A program made the translations under genes and the position numbers. Under the pieces are notes generated by a model that had not been told where the DNA came from, made no database searches, and saw only the letters and a program-made list of their open reading frames with translations. A stretch of DNA of 64,000 bases from Lepidodermella squamata (lineage: Eukaryota > Animalia > Gastrotricha): positions 558,001-622,000 of the forward strand of contig JBLDXI010000030.1 of the NCBI GenBank assembly GCA_047495785.1, written 5' to 3'. Below, piece by piece: positions 12,351 through 24,548 of this stretch; the first letter of the stretch is position 1, and each line of letters starts with the position of its first letter.

Positions 12351-12983
12351 GCTTATGCCACTGAAATCTGAAATTCCTATTGGCGTTGCGATGATATGCT
12401 ACAGTCAGATCCAAAACTGCTCTTTTTTGTTTGCATTTGATTATTTGATTGAAAAGCTTGCAATATCAGGTGGAGTGCCGAGTCAGTTTGATTGCAGCTG
12501 CAGAGGGTGTGTTGCGTCCATTCCGGTATTGCTCATCCGGTATTGTTCATCAAATGCTATAGAAGGCCGTAAAATCATTAACGCTGAGGTTTGAGTTCCT
12601 ACAAAAAGCCGCCTTTTTCCCATCGTGTCAAAAACGCGTCGGTGTAGCGGTTTTAAGTGCTTTGGCAAGTGTTTTGGGCATATTGGGTCAGCTATGGTGT
12701 TGGTTTTCATCTTGAGCTAACATGATATGTTCTGGGCATTAAATATTAAATACGGCAAATCCAAATCACTGCTTGCAGTATCATGGTTTCTCCTTTTCGA
12801 GGAGCAGTTGGCGAATTAAATCTCAAGTACTCAAAATGAAATATCATGACATCTTGTAAAATTCATTCATTGAATGAGACAAAAGATTTGTTTATTGTTT
12901 ATCATCTCAAGTATTCATTATAAGGTTATTTTGTTATGTAATCCATGTTAATCAGATGTTAGAGATGAAGAAATAAATTTGCC

Positions 12984-13847
12984 TTAATTTTTCGGGAAGC
13001 ACTGGCCATAAGACGCGAAATAGTGAGAACAAACGCTGTCAGATTGATGACACACATGTATGATAACTATTACATGGTTAATTTGAAAAAACTTACTATC
13101 CTTCACAACACTGAAGTCCTTCTACGCAGTTGTCAGTAGAACAGTTTTCACTTGGCTTAACAGCATCCTCCACTTCGGGCTTCTCTTCTTCTATCTCAGT
13201 TTGCTGCAAGCACAGGCCGTAAGTGAATCCTCTTTTCGAGCACACGCTATTAAAGGGTGATTAAAACAATTGTAAATGAATGATATGAATGAATGGAGAA
13301 CTTACAGTCCTTCGCAACACGGTAGTCCCATATCACACTCAACATTCGAGCATGTAGGTGGTGGGGTGGTTGGTTTCACGGCTTCCTCCACTTCAGGCTT
13401 CTCTTCTACAATCTCAGCTTCCTGAAAGCAAAGGCCGTACGTGAATCCCTTCTTCGAACATACCCTGCCAGATAATGAATAGAATGAATGCCAGCTAATG
13501 AATTCGTTGAATGGAGAACTTACAGTCCCTCGCAGCACGGCAGACCCATGTCGCACTCAACATTCGAACATGTAGGCGGTTGAGTGGTTGGTTTCTCGAT
13601 GTGTTTCTCTTCCTCTGCCTCACTCGGCTTGAAGCACAGGCCGTACGTGAAGCCTCTCTTCGAACATACGCTATTGGGTAATGAATAGAATTATGACAAG
13701 AGATGGTTTGATCAAATGGACAACTTACAGTCCCTCGCAGCATGGCAGACCCATGTCACACTCAGTGTTCGAGCATGTAGGCTTACTCGGTGAAGCCGAA
13801 ACTGCCGCGATTAGGGCTGTAGCAACAATGATAAATGCAGCTTTCAT
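12984..13847 (-). CDS. Knottin gene F: 4 ICK-like domains (5 exons); close paralog of gene D
   Basis: MKAAFIIVATALIAAVSASPSKPTCSNTECDMGLPCCEGL|...|VCSHYFASYGQCFPKN*. Confidence 0.9.
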
Positions 13848-14390
13848 TTTGGGAGAATGCCCAATTCTGATATCTGAGTGTTTTTTCAAAATGTCGACCC
13901 TACACCTTACCATACCGGCGTTAAATAGGCCCGCATGGTTTTCCAATCATTCGCTCTCACGCACTAGGTTTGTTTACGGCGCAATTTAGCAGCTTTTATC
14001 TCGCCTATGAAGGTTAAAAAAACCACATTAACTCGGTTTATCAACAAAGCGTGACCACTTATTTCCTAAGCTAGTTTTTACGAGGCACGAGGCCTCTGCA
14101 TCGGTTGTATCGTACTGAAGAGTGAATGGAAGATGTGATGGGCGAAGATACCCCCAGCAACCAAACGGGGTGCAACTTGAGGCTAATAAGGCCACGCAAG
14201 CTCGAAATCGGAACTTTTTTCGACTGGGAGAAACAAACAAACAAATTGCGACTTGAATGATTTACTAGCTTCAAGAAAAATGCAGGAATGACTTCTTGTT
14301 GCAATGATAATTTCAACTACGAAATAACTGCAATATTCAGCTGGATTATGGCTATTCAGTTAGTCTTTGTCGGAGATAGAGAAGCGGGCC

Positions 14391-14825
14391 TTAGTTTAAC
14401 GGGAAGCACTCGCCATATGTCACGTACTTGGTCGAACAATAGCTGGTTGATGGAAGAGAGTTATTTGTCAGCACATTCAGTGTAAAGTTCAAAATCTTAC
14501 TATCCGTCGCAACACCGTAGTCCACTGTTTTTGCAGTTGTCATACGAGCATTTAGCTGTTGGCTTCTCGGCGTCTTTCACTTCATGGTTCTCTTCGTGTA
14601 CAGCTGATGCCGGGAAGCATTGGCCGTAGGTTCCGAAATTAGAAGAACAATGACTGTAGGTTGGCATGTAATTAGAATTATCATGTGATAATATTTTAAT
14701 GCTTACTATCCGTCGCAGCACCTCTGTCCATTCAGGCAGGAGTCAGTCGAGCAACTGTCCATTGGTGCAGCCGAGACTGCCGCGATAGCCATGGCTATGG
14801 CAATAAGACCGAATGACGCTTTCAT
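14391..14825 (-). CDS. Knottin gene G: 2 ICK-like domains (3 exons)
   Basis: MKASFGLIAIAMAIAAVSAAPMDSCSTDSCLNGQRCCDGY|HCSSNFGTYGQCF...CSYDNCKNSGLRCCDGY|YCSTKYVTYGECFPLN*. Confidence 0.88.
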
Positions 14826-15569
14826 TTTGAGAAAATGTTTGTGGAAATTGGAAATGTGAATGCGATTCATCCCATCTTAAACGCCTTTATATAGGCCTTT
14901 ACTCGCCTATTCAGCTTTCCGCACTGGGCTTTCAGGGGTATCAAAAGTTGCAAGTTTCTTATCTTGCGTATGAAGGCGGAACACTGCATTAGCTCCAGTC
15001 ATCAAGACAACGCACTCGAAACCCTAAATAATTGGACACGGACAATAAAATGCCCACCTGAGAGGACAAGATGCGTTTTATTTCCTTGCCGAAAGTCATT
15101 CGATAGTAGGAAAAAATTTCGGGGAAGCCGGTCCAGTTAAACTGTACAAACAACAGGATCACGGACGAAGGGTCGGATAAATCATCGAAACATTCCTGAA
15201 GCACTATACGAGTTTTTCGCATTACATTATACCTGCTTTGATTCAATTTACTCAATTCTCAATCTATCTCAATTTCTCTTTTGAATCGATCGATAAGCCT
15301 AGATGAGAAAGCATTGTCACCTCAGTCTAGCTGTGACCTTATCTTTGCGATCACGATTCATACATCTGCATTTGTTCATGCAATACGTTTCAGTAAAAAT
15401 ATTATTTACTTAAAGAAACGCTGACAGGTTGGTTTATTATATTATGTCTAACAAAAGCGACCAAGCAGAATTAACTCTCGTTGAACAGATTTCTTTAACG
15501 GAATCACAAAAATAGCATGCTTATGGCTACTTTGTTAGGGATTCAGTCTTTGTTGAAACGGAAGATACT

Positions 15570-15830
15570 CGCCTCAATTTGGCGGGAAGCAAAGTCCGCA
15601 TGTCCCGAATTTGTGAGAACTCTGTTTATTGATGGAATGGAACGCATGTAACAAAAATCATCTTTTGCTTGATTTAAAAACTTACTATCCGTCGCAACAC
15701 TTCAACGCAGTTACACAGCTGTAATATTCAGCTTTTGGCATCTCGACGGCTTCATGGTTCTCTTCCTTTATGGCTAAGCCCGGGTAGCATTGGACGTGAG
15801 TTCCAAAATTATGCGAACAATGAGCCTGCT
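15570..15830 (-). pseudogene. Knottin pseudogene H (decayed paralog of gene G exons 2-3)
   Basis: HCSHNFGTHVQCYPGLAIKEENHEAVEMPKAEYYSCVTALKCCDG|GT has lost the first Cys. The terminal exon is degenerate and no signal-peptide exon was found. Confidence 0.7.
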
Positions 15831-16473
15831 GAGATTTATGAATCGAAACGAGCCGGAGGCGAGTTGAGATGAGTAAATCGAGTACGGCAAGTACGGCGAG
15901 TTGAACTAGGGCCGTATTTCAAGCCTAAATATATGACCCTGTAGTTTTGGGTTTTCCACCTCGACCTTGCGATTCGCGATATCACATTTCCCCCTGTACT
16001 TCGCGCTCTGCTTTGATCGAGTGTAACACTGGAAATAGCAAAGTTGAAAGGCTGAACTGTAGATATTATTTCAATATACGGCCCATGTTGCCTGGTGACA
16101 ACATTACGCCGAGAAATCTCCTGTTGCAATAGGAGATTGGAAATTTAAATAAAGCTACTTGAATTACGGTTGAGGTATGAAGCTATCACGACTTCACATC
16201 ATCAACATTTAGTCGATCCGGGCTCAGGGTAATCTCGCTAACTTCAGACCATTTTTTCACATTTGTAATGGGTTGATTTGTTATTCTTATGTTGGTGTTG
16301 GTGTTGACGTTTCATTTTATGAAAAAAAATGATAAATGAACCTTTTTTATTTCAGGGCGCGAATTATGATTCAAGCTCCTCACATTACCGAGATATAAGT
16401 TCACCGAAACGCAAAGGAACACATTAGCAACCAAATTGCCCACTTGCAGGGTAAGTAACTAGAGCACATGCAG

Positions 16474-16723
16474 TTACTTGGTGCCCGGATCTCTCAGGCA
16501 TGCGTGGCCCCAGGAGCAGTAGCTGGGAATTACAATTCGAATTAAGCAAGAATATTCCTAAATACTTTGAATCTTACTATTTATCAGGGCAGCATGGCAG
16601 AGTCCAGCAAAAGTCGGTTGCGCAAGGCTGCTGCGTCGTCCCATTCGTAAAAGTGTTTTGGGGTGCTGAACTAACAACAGCAGCAACGGCTAGAATTGCG
16701 AAGAGAATTGCGAGAAGCTTCAT
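16474..16723 (-). CDS. Knottin gene I: single-domain, divergent ICK-like secreted peptide (2 exons)
   Basis: MKLLAILFAILAVAAVVSSAPQNTFTNGTTQQP-CATDFCWTLPCCPDKY|YCSWGHACLRDPGTK*. The phase-2 intron lies between CC and C5, as in the other genes. Confidence 0.8.
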
Positions 16724-16970
16724 GTTTGTTGGTTGTTATTGTGTGACTTTGAAGCGGTGTGTACCGCGATTAAATACCATAGCAGAGTTCTTATCTCTAC
16801 CGCAAGTACACGTGTGACCTTTAATTGCAGGCTGTAGTGGTTCCGGCCACACGCTCACAATTTCTGAGCCGCAAAAGACAATATTATGAACTAATTTTAG
16901 CAAACGAGTGGTTATTATTGAGTGTGAGAATTTCTTAAGTTTCCCGACATTAATTAGCGTTTTTTTTAGA

Positions 16971-19373
16971 TCACGAATAATTAACAGCAACCGCGATGGA
17001 GCGTTTAAATAACGCCTTCGACGAAATTTTAACAAATCCGTAAAAAATGATCATTACTGTTGATAATGAGTAGGCAAGAAGACCAATTGCGACAAGGGTT
17101 GAGCTTTGGTGAGCTTTGTTCGGCTGATTTTTCGGCAATGCCATTTCACCAAAAACCACGGCTAGAGTGATGAGCAGAGCATTCCAAACAGCTACACGGT
17201 AAGTCTTCACATCGAGTTGGAACCTTAAGCGGAGCCATTTAATCGAGATTTTACGTATGCTGGCCGCCTGAAAACAGCCAAGAGCCAGTAGTATGCCCTG
17301 TATCGAGATCTGGGTGATTATCAGATAGTTGTTACTTTTCGACCAACAGTAGCGGACTTGAATGTTGAAGAATGAATCTAGCTCTGGGCTGAACTCAGTC
17401 TCAGTGAAGTAAGATTCGTAGCTCATAGGCTCAGCCAGTTGCCAAATTACGAAAATCAAAACGCAAACCGTTACGATGATAGAAATAGCTCGAATGATAG
17501 CTTTTTGAAGGGCTATCACCGCTAACTGTCTTTCCGCTTCTGCCGTGCCAACCTCCAGCGATAATTTCTTACGAACACGACGGCTGATGTAGTAATGCCA
17601 GCTAACGAAAAATGGCATAGTTGCCATTCGAATGAAGATACCCGAATTAACCATTGATAGACCTAGTACACTGAATAGATCTCTGATGATGCAGTAAATT
17701 TGAGGGAAGTAGACTGGGCCTAACATTATCATATAAACTGATACGTTCAGTAACAAACATCCGATAAGAATCGCGGATCCACTGCTTGTGTTGAAGTATG
17801 GCATTCGAGCATACCTAGCTCTTCCTTTCAGGCACACAACGGTAATAACCCCCAGGATTACTTCAACAGCCATCACCAGCGTCGCTACGGCACATAGCAC
17901 TTGAATCGATGTGAAGTCGATCGACCCTTGAACACTGAACACTACTGATAGATCTTTAGGGGCTTTGCCAGTGGAAGTGGCCCATTTAACTGGAGCCATT
18001 ACTTCAATAGTTTGGGTGGATATATTTTCAAATGTTGCTCGATTTCCGGTGAAATTGACCAAAAATGTAACATTATTGCCGTATATTCCGTTTCCAAGTC
18101 TCTGAACGAGGAAAGACGTTTTCTCCATAAGTGCAGTTTTCTTGTTTCTCGATCTAAAGTAATCAAAATAACTCCCCATGTCAGCGAAGACCTGACTAAT
18201 TGGCCCCCATGCTGATTTAGAGCCTAAATCACGTAAGCTCATTCCACGTGACGCAAGTGCTTCTCCAGTCGCATTGAGGAGGAAGAGGCCGCTGAGTAAT
18301 TGACGATTCAACGCAGCTAATTTAGTCGCGTCGAACGAGCAATTTCGCTCAGATAACGATCTGATTTGGCCTACTTTGCTGTAAAGAAATCCCGTATCAA
18401 CGACGGCATAGACTATTGAAGAATATAGAAAAATCAGAGGATCCGTAGTCCAATGAGTAAGAAACAGCGAAATTCCGATTTGTTGCATCTGGATTGAACG
18501 CTCGCATGGTGCAGCAGTTGTATTAATTTTGTAACTCACGCAAACCGAATTCGGGAAGAACATAACGTATTCCGGGGCTCGAATCCCTGCCGCGTAACTA
18601 TCACACATGATCATCGCGCAATCTTCAGGTAGGAAGGTCCCTGATAAAACGATAATTCTCGCTATGCCAAGCTGCTTAATGGCTAGGAATTCGTTGTATG
18701 ACACACCAACCTCAGCTTGAACGACTTCTATGCCATTCGCCTCGAAAAGGCTCGCATTTCGCATGAGGACATCTGCTGATCGAAAGTCTTCAGTAGCCGC
18801 GGATAGCAACGCGATTTGTCGCCACTTTCCAATATGGAGGATCGTATTTATGGTCGCATGCTTGATAAAGGTGTTGCTGGGAATGTCTGTCCAGATGTCT
18901 ACTGGCCAGCTCCACATCGATCCAGGACCTATGCCATATACTTGCGACAGTGAAAGAGATCTGCGAATCAGCTGAAACACGCGGTCATAGCGCAAGTCTT
19001 CATTTTTCAATGAAAGTGTAGGTCCAATGAGAAACGGTGAGAGTGAAGAGTTAGCTGGAATTTCACCAAGATTAGGTAAATAGAAATTAACGACATCCTG
19101 CGCTGTAAATGCCAACTCAGTCTCGTAATATCGTATCCGGACGTTGTAATCAGTTAAAAACTTTGAGTTTGAGTTGATGCTATCGACCAGGTTATCCATT
19201 GCGATTTTCGAGCATCTCCTATCATTTTCCTCGCCTGTGACGCTTGAGTTGTTCGAAACTGCGAGGCCGGTTGTGAAAACAGGTATGATAATCGAATGCG
19301 GCTTAGAAATGCAATTTGATGAGGCCAAAATGGCAAGAAACCAGAAATGTAATAACGTAATTGATTTTGTCAT
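16971..19373 (-). CDS. Class C GPCR, GABA-B-like, intronless; paralog of 24549-26963
   Basis: 800 aa; signal peptide, INSNSKFLTDYNV, IGKWRQIALL, GIRAPEYV, W..GKAPKD, then 7TM. Confidence 0.85.
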   Translation of the reverse strand: MTKSITLLHFWFLAILASSNCISKPHSIIIPVFTTGLAVSNNSSVTGEENDRRCSKIAMDNLVDSINSNSKFLTDYNVRIRYYETELAFTAQDVVNFYLPNLGEIPANSSLSPFLIGPTLSLKNEDLRYDRVFQLIRRSLSLSQVYGIGPGSMWSWPVDIWTDIPSNTFIKHATINTILHIGKWRQIALLSAATEDFRSADVLMRNASLFEANGIEVVQAEVGVSYNEFLAIKQLGIARIIVLSGTFLPEDCAMIMCDSYAAGIRAPEYVMFFPNSVCVSYKINTTAAPCERSIQMQQIGISLFLTHWTTDPLIFLYSSIVYAVVDTGFLYSKVGQIRSLSERNCSFDATKLAALNRQLLSGLFLLNATGEALASRGMSLRDLGSKSAWGPISQVFADMGSYFDYFRSRNKKTALMEKTSFLVQRLGNGIYGNNVTFLVNFTGNRATFENISTQTIEVMAPVKWATSTGKAPKDLSVVFSVQGSIDFTSIQVLCAVATLVMAVEVILGVITVVCLKGRARYARMPYFNTSSGSAILIGCLLLNVSVYMIMLGPVYFPQIYCIIRDLFSVLGLSMVNSGIFIRMATMPFFVSWHYYISRRVRKKLSLEVGTAEAERQLAVIALQKAIIRAISIIVTVCVLIFVIWQLAEPMSYESYFTETEFSPELDSFFNIQVRYCWSKSNNYLIITQISIQGILLALGCFQAASIRKISIKWLRLRFQLDVKTYRVAVWNALLITLAVVFGEMALPKNQPNKAHQSSTLVAIGLLAYSLSTVMIIFYGFVKISSKALFKRSIAVAVNYS

Positions 19374-19638
19374 TTTATGGTTAAAAATTCTGATTGAGAG
19401 ATTGAGGTATCAAAGTACATTTCTCAACCGGCTAAAGCATCCTGAGAAGACAGGTGACTTATGACTAATTAGCTTGTCTATAGAGGTCTTATTAGCTGAC
19501 CATCAGCTCGCAAAATCCAAATAGTTCAGGATTATTAGCGAGAAATGTGTTTTCTTGACTAAGTTGTACGAATTGTACGTATGGGACATTCCCAAATTAT
19601 AACAAAATCATAGGTTTTATTGTATAGTTTACTCAAGC

Positions 19639-20920
19639 TTAAGCAATCATGTCATAAAGTATTTTGCAATCCATCGAAAGCACAACTAAGCAAACAGTTG
19701 GGAAAAACACGAGATCAATCCATCGACACATTGTGATCTCAGGCAGGAATTTTATGCCAAAAACAAGCATTTGTTTTGCATAGCCGTTTCTAGCGACTTC
19801 ACACATAACAATCGTGTAGAAGGAAATGAAAACTCCAGCAAACAGATGGCAGAATAAAAACATGCCGATCAACGCAATATCGGACGATTTTGGTATCGCG
19901 CTATCTATAATTGAATGGCTAACAGCGTTCGCCAATACCACGGTGATGCAAAACGTCGGTCTGTCAGGCATTTTCGGCGGCATGAAGCCAATGACAATCT
20001 CGAGGAAAAACAAGCCGAAAGACGGCAGAATGATGTTGACAACGTAAATTTCAGGTTTCCGCTTGAATCTGAAGCTGAAATGAGCTCGTTGGTATTTGCT
20101 GTCGTAGCCTGTGTAATCTACGACTTTGATGTAATTCCGGCTGTTTTCCAAGACCCAGACGTCGAAAGGCGTTAAAAATTCATCCATGTCGATTGAGATC
20201 TCGGGGGATTTCAATTCTAGTTGTAGCATTGTCATTGGATGCCATGCTTCCAGCTTCACAGCACAAGTTTGACGGTCGAATGGGAACTTCTTCAAGCTGA
20301 AAATCAAAAAATAAAATTCGAAAATTAAAAAAAAAATCCAGCTTAATTTTTTTCAAAGAATTTAGATTGCTTTGTGAGCTATCGCAAAGCCTCCTTACTT
20401 GAGTTCGCAAAATACAGTGAAGGAAGTGATTAGTATCCATGTCACGGTACCATTAGGGTCGAACTGCAGCCTCGTAACACTTCGCATCCTATAAGAAAGG
20501 AATATATTATGTTGGCAAGTTTGGTGCCTCTTACGAATCGATCAGATTGATGTCACCAGCAGCGTTGATAAGCTGAATCGAAGGAGTCCACGTTGCGTCT
20601 GCCTGCATCTCGAAACTAGTCACGCCTTCATATAAAGTGGCGTTAGACCACGAAACGCAGGGATGTTGCCATTCTATATCCAACTCGGCGACAACATCGA
20701 ACATCTGCCGCTGGTCGTCGATACTCCGCATGCGCATAGCTCCGAAATCCAACGAAACAACCAGCGGCTCGCTGAAGTTCATAACCGGGCGAACTTTGTC
20801 GTACAGCCGACATTTGTACATCATTTCTTGGATGAGTAACGCCTCAGGGGTCGTAAACGGTTCGCCTGCGCCGACTCCTGATACGATAAGTAAGACCAAG
20901 CCTACAACTCTCACCTTCAT
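19639..20920 (-). CDS. Divergent Cys-loop channel subunit (exons 20920-20535, 20488-20399, 20296-19639)
   Basis: MKVRVVGLVLLIVSG signal, YDKVRPV, WQHPCVSW, TWTPSIQLIN. Splicing gives a 13-residue Cys-loop CELNLKKFPFDRQTC. Four TM helices. Confidence 0.9.
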
Positions 20921-21003
20921 GTTGTTGGGAATAACGTTTCGAAAAACCCTCACATTCGACTTGACTGAGCAAATAAGACCGAAAGGTGAAGCTTTTATTA
21001 AAA

Positions 21004-22307
21004 TCACATTATTGAACATAGGAACACGGCGTTCAAAATTAAATTCGCAATGAGTAAAGCTATGAAGACCATAATGTCGATACCTCGAATTTTGGTAATC
21101 GTGAATCTTTTCAGCAATTTGATTTCTTCACTCATTCCATGACGTCGGCTCAGTTCACACATGACCAAGCAATAAATCGTCGTAATGACTCCTATGGCGA
21201 ACTGAAGAGCCGTGAAAATTAGGGCGTAGCATATCACTGATGAATCTGGTATGGAAGAAGTGACTATGGATAGCATTACTGTATAGGCTAGGACAACGGT
21301 AACGCAAAATCCAGGCCGTTCTGGCGTCTTGGGAGGCATTGCCAATACTCCTATTAACAGAGCCTCGAGACCCATGCTCGGCAGTAGGATTGTTATCGTG
21401 TACAAGGCTGGTTTCCTCTTGAAATGAAACTCGAAAACAGCCCGATCGAATTTGTTATTCGCAAGTTGCGTTATGCCGTTGTATGTCGCAATGTCCAAAT
21501 AAGACGATAATCCAACGAGCTCCCAATTCTCTGTTGGTCCCAGAAATTCTGGCGGAGCCAATGCATTGGATTCATGAATTTCATCTCGTATCTTGAATCT
21601 GACGTCATGGGCCGGCATCCATGATTCAAGGACAACTTTGCATATCTGAGAGTCGAAGGGAAACGTCTGAACTCTAGATGAAATCGCTGATATTTTATGA
21701 CAAAATTTGGAAAGATTTCTTACTTCAGGTCGCAAAACGTCTCGAAAGTCGTTATGATAGGCGAATAAACCATTCCGTCGTGAGTAAAACAAACCATGCC
21801 AATCTTCGCGATCATTCTAAAGAATTTTTGAAGCAATTTATCGTTATATAATCAATTTGTTATGTTAAGTACTTTTCAAGACTCCAATAGGCCTCCGCAT
21901 CCTTTCCGTTTGATAGGTTGATGATAGGATGCCACCCGTTCGAGCCAGGTACGCAAAATTGGACGTAGTTCACATCACTCGTATTCCACCCTACACATGG
22001 GTGTTTCCAAATCAGATCAAGCTCAGCTAGTAAAGTGAAACTGTCAAGCAAATCATTAAAACAAAGCCATAGGAATTCGAAATAATCCTCACGTTTGCTG
22101 TCGATCGTCTATGCCAATGAAACGAATGGGGGTGAACAAAATCGTAACGTTTATCCCTTGACCGGCCTTCATTACCGGGCTGTATCTCTCCATTAGGCTG
22201 CACTTGGCTGTCATATTGCTAGCTAAAACTGATTCAGGTGGCATGTAATTCTGAGCGGAGGACAACCAAATTATGTAGGATAACAAGAACTTGACATTCG
22301 CAATCAT
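21004..22307 (-). CDS. Divergent Cys-loop channel subunit (about 4 exons)
   Basis: Signal exon MIANVKFLLS...IDDRQQT; WKHPCVGW...GWHPIINLSN; FPFDSQIC; TM region with PERPGFCVTVVLAY. Confidence 0.85.
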
Positions 22308-22564
22308 TTTATATACGATCAGCATACTGTAATCAATCAGACAAAAAAATTGTCTCTGATGTATGCATATTGCATAGGTTACTAGGATTCATCCTAGTTT
22401 GACAGCAAAATCGATAAATTGCCGGGCTGATTACTGGAAGCGGTAAATAAATTTACCAATCCATGCTATTCAAACAATCTAGGTATTATAGGCTTTGTCT
22501 TGGCTGTTTACTCAAGCAAGAAAACGTTTCCACCAATAAATATGCCGCAATATAATAATGAATG

Positions 22565-23849
22565 TCATGATATCATTAGGGCAAACATGCCAGAAATCAT
22601 TGTCAGAGTCAAAATAGCTAGGAAAATGAAGAAAAGTAAATCCATCCTTCTTACATAGGTTAACCGCATCCTTAACAACGAAACTTTCTTCATACGAAAT
22701 CGTCTAATATGAGCGAGTTGGCATGTGACAAGTGCATAAGTCGTGCAAATGCATCCGATTATCATTTGACAGCCCATGAAGATCAACGTGTAGCTCAACT
22801 CTGACGACTTTGGCAAAGATTCTGAGACTACAGTTAGAAGTACAGTATAGGATAGGACAACTGTAATGCAGAACGCGGGTCTATCCGGGCATTTTGGTGG
22901 CATGAGCCATACGGATAGCAAAAGCGACAGAAGGGCAAAACTTGGTAAAAACAGGTTCAAGATTAATGTAGCAGGTTTTCTTCGAAAACGGAAAGTTACA
23001 TCAATCCTCGAGTACCTGTCGTTCATAGGATCTAGGTAATAAGAGTAAAGGGCTACTGTCGCGTTTGTATCGATAACTTCCCAGGTATCGCTCTTAGATA
23101 TGAAATTTGCATCGTTTGGGTCGAAAAGTTCCTTTTTACTTTTCAGCAGCTCCAGTTGCATGAGAGTGCTAGCATACCAAGATTCGACGAGGATGCTGCA
23201 AGTTTGAATGTCGAAAGGGAATTTCCTCAACCTTAACAAAGTACATCGAAGTAAATCGAGTTAAAATATGGAAAAATACCCCAAACGGCAGAAGGAGTTC
23301 AATGTGAGAGCAACAGCTAGTAAACATGTTCCATCCCTCTTAAAGAATACTCTCCCGTGATCGTCGATGTACCTATACGCAAGAACCTCTGTAAAAATGA
23401 CTACCGATTCGATGATTTAGCTACAAACTCGCTGAATTTTGCGGTATGGTCATTTGCATTGATATGCTGAACTTTCGGATGCCAGGTTTCCGATGCAAGC
23501 AGCTCGAATGCCCACAAGCCATTTTCGGTTTTGTTCCATTTAGAGCACGGATGCTGCCAGGTGAAATCTAATTCTGCAATCAGGGAAAACCTATAAAAAG
23601 ATACATTTATTCGGCAAATGAAATGGGTGATGCTTGCATTTGCTCTTTTTCAGAAATTCCAGAGAACCGGATTGGGACGAACTCAACGGTTACAAACATC
23701 ACCTGGCTATGTTCGTTAACTGGGCGTGTTTTCGCTTTCAAATCGCATTTCCGTATGAGATCCCGCGAAAATTGCTCGCCAGGCGGAGAATATTCCATCT
23801 CTTTTATTGCAAGGCATAGTCGAAAGACGAGTGATAATAACAAAATCAT
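22565..23849 (-). CDS. Divergent Cys-loop channel subunit (about 4 exons)
   Basis: MILLLSLVFRLCLA signal, KTRPV; WQHPCSKW exon; FPFDIQTC; TM region with PDRPAFCITVVLSY. Confidence 0.85.
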
Positions 23850-24548
23850 TCCGTCTGAAATTTTGGCGGGGGCAAATTTGCCCGTTTATAAACCAGAATG
23901 ATATTCGAGCAAACATTTTTGCTGGCAAATTTGTTTTTTTTATATACCTGCGCAAATATTGTCACGAAAGCATTTTCATGTTTTCTAAAATTAGATAGAA
24001 ACCTGATCTTTTATTTGAATTCATCCCAGGTGAGGATCGGTGTGCGCAGGTCAATCGCAGATAACGTTTTACATAATTTTAAAGATCTAGCCTAATTAAA
24101 CGTTGTCTTGTGCACTCGTCTATAATAATGCTGATAACCGCTGTGTAAGTGGCTGTTGCTAAAGTGGGGGTTGCTAATCTGGGGGAGTGCCTTTTAAACA
24201 CGTGGAGATCAATTTCATAAGCTAAGAATAGAACGTGAAACGTGATGCAGCCGATGAGGTAATCAAGTCGGGTTCTCGCAAATATTCACCTGACCTCGAG
24301 AAAACATCGCGTTGTAATTGCCTTTAATTATTAGTCATAAGCTTCGTGAGAATGTTTGACAGGAAAAGCTGCTGAGATTCTTAAAATTATAGAAGCTTTG
24401 AAAATGCTTCTATGAAAATGCGTGAACACCACATGCGCGTTTACTTGCTGCTCATTTTAATGAGGAAGCGACATGAACTTCACGGACTTATTTCGACCTC
24501 GCAAATTATTCTGAGAGTTTTGCTTAATGCTTTGCAGAACTTACTATC

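Noticed and set aside
829-16817. Many short ORF-track entries across the knottin cluster (e.g. 1125-1487, 8451-8777, 13681-13989)
   Set aside because: They are antisense or intron-read-through frames of the spliced knottin genes.
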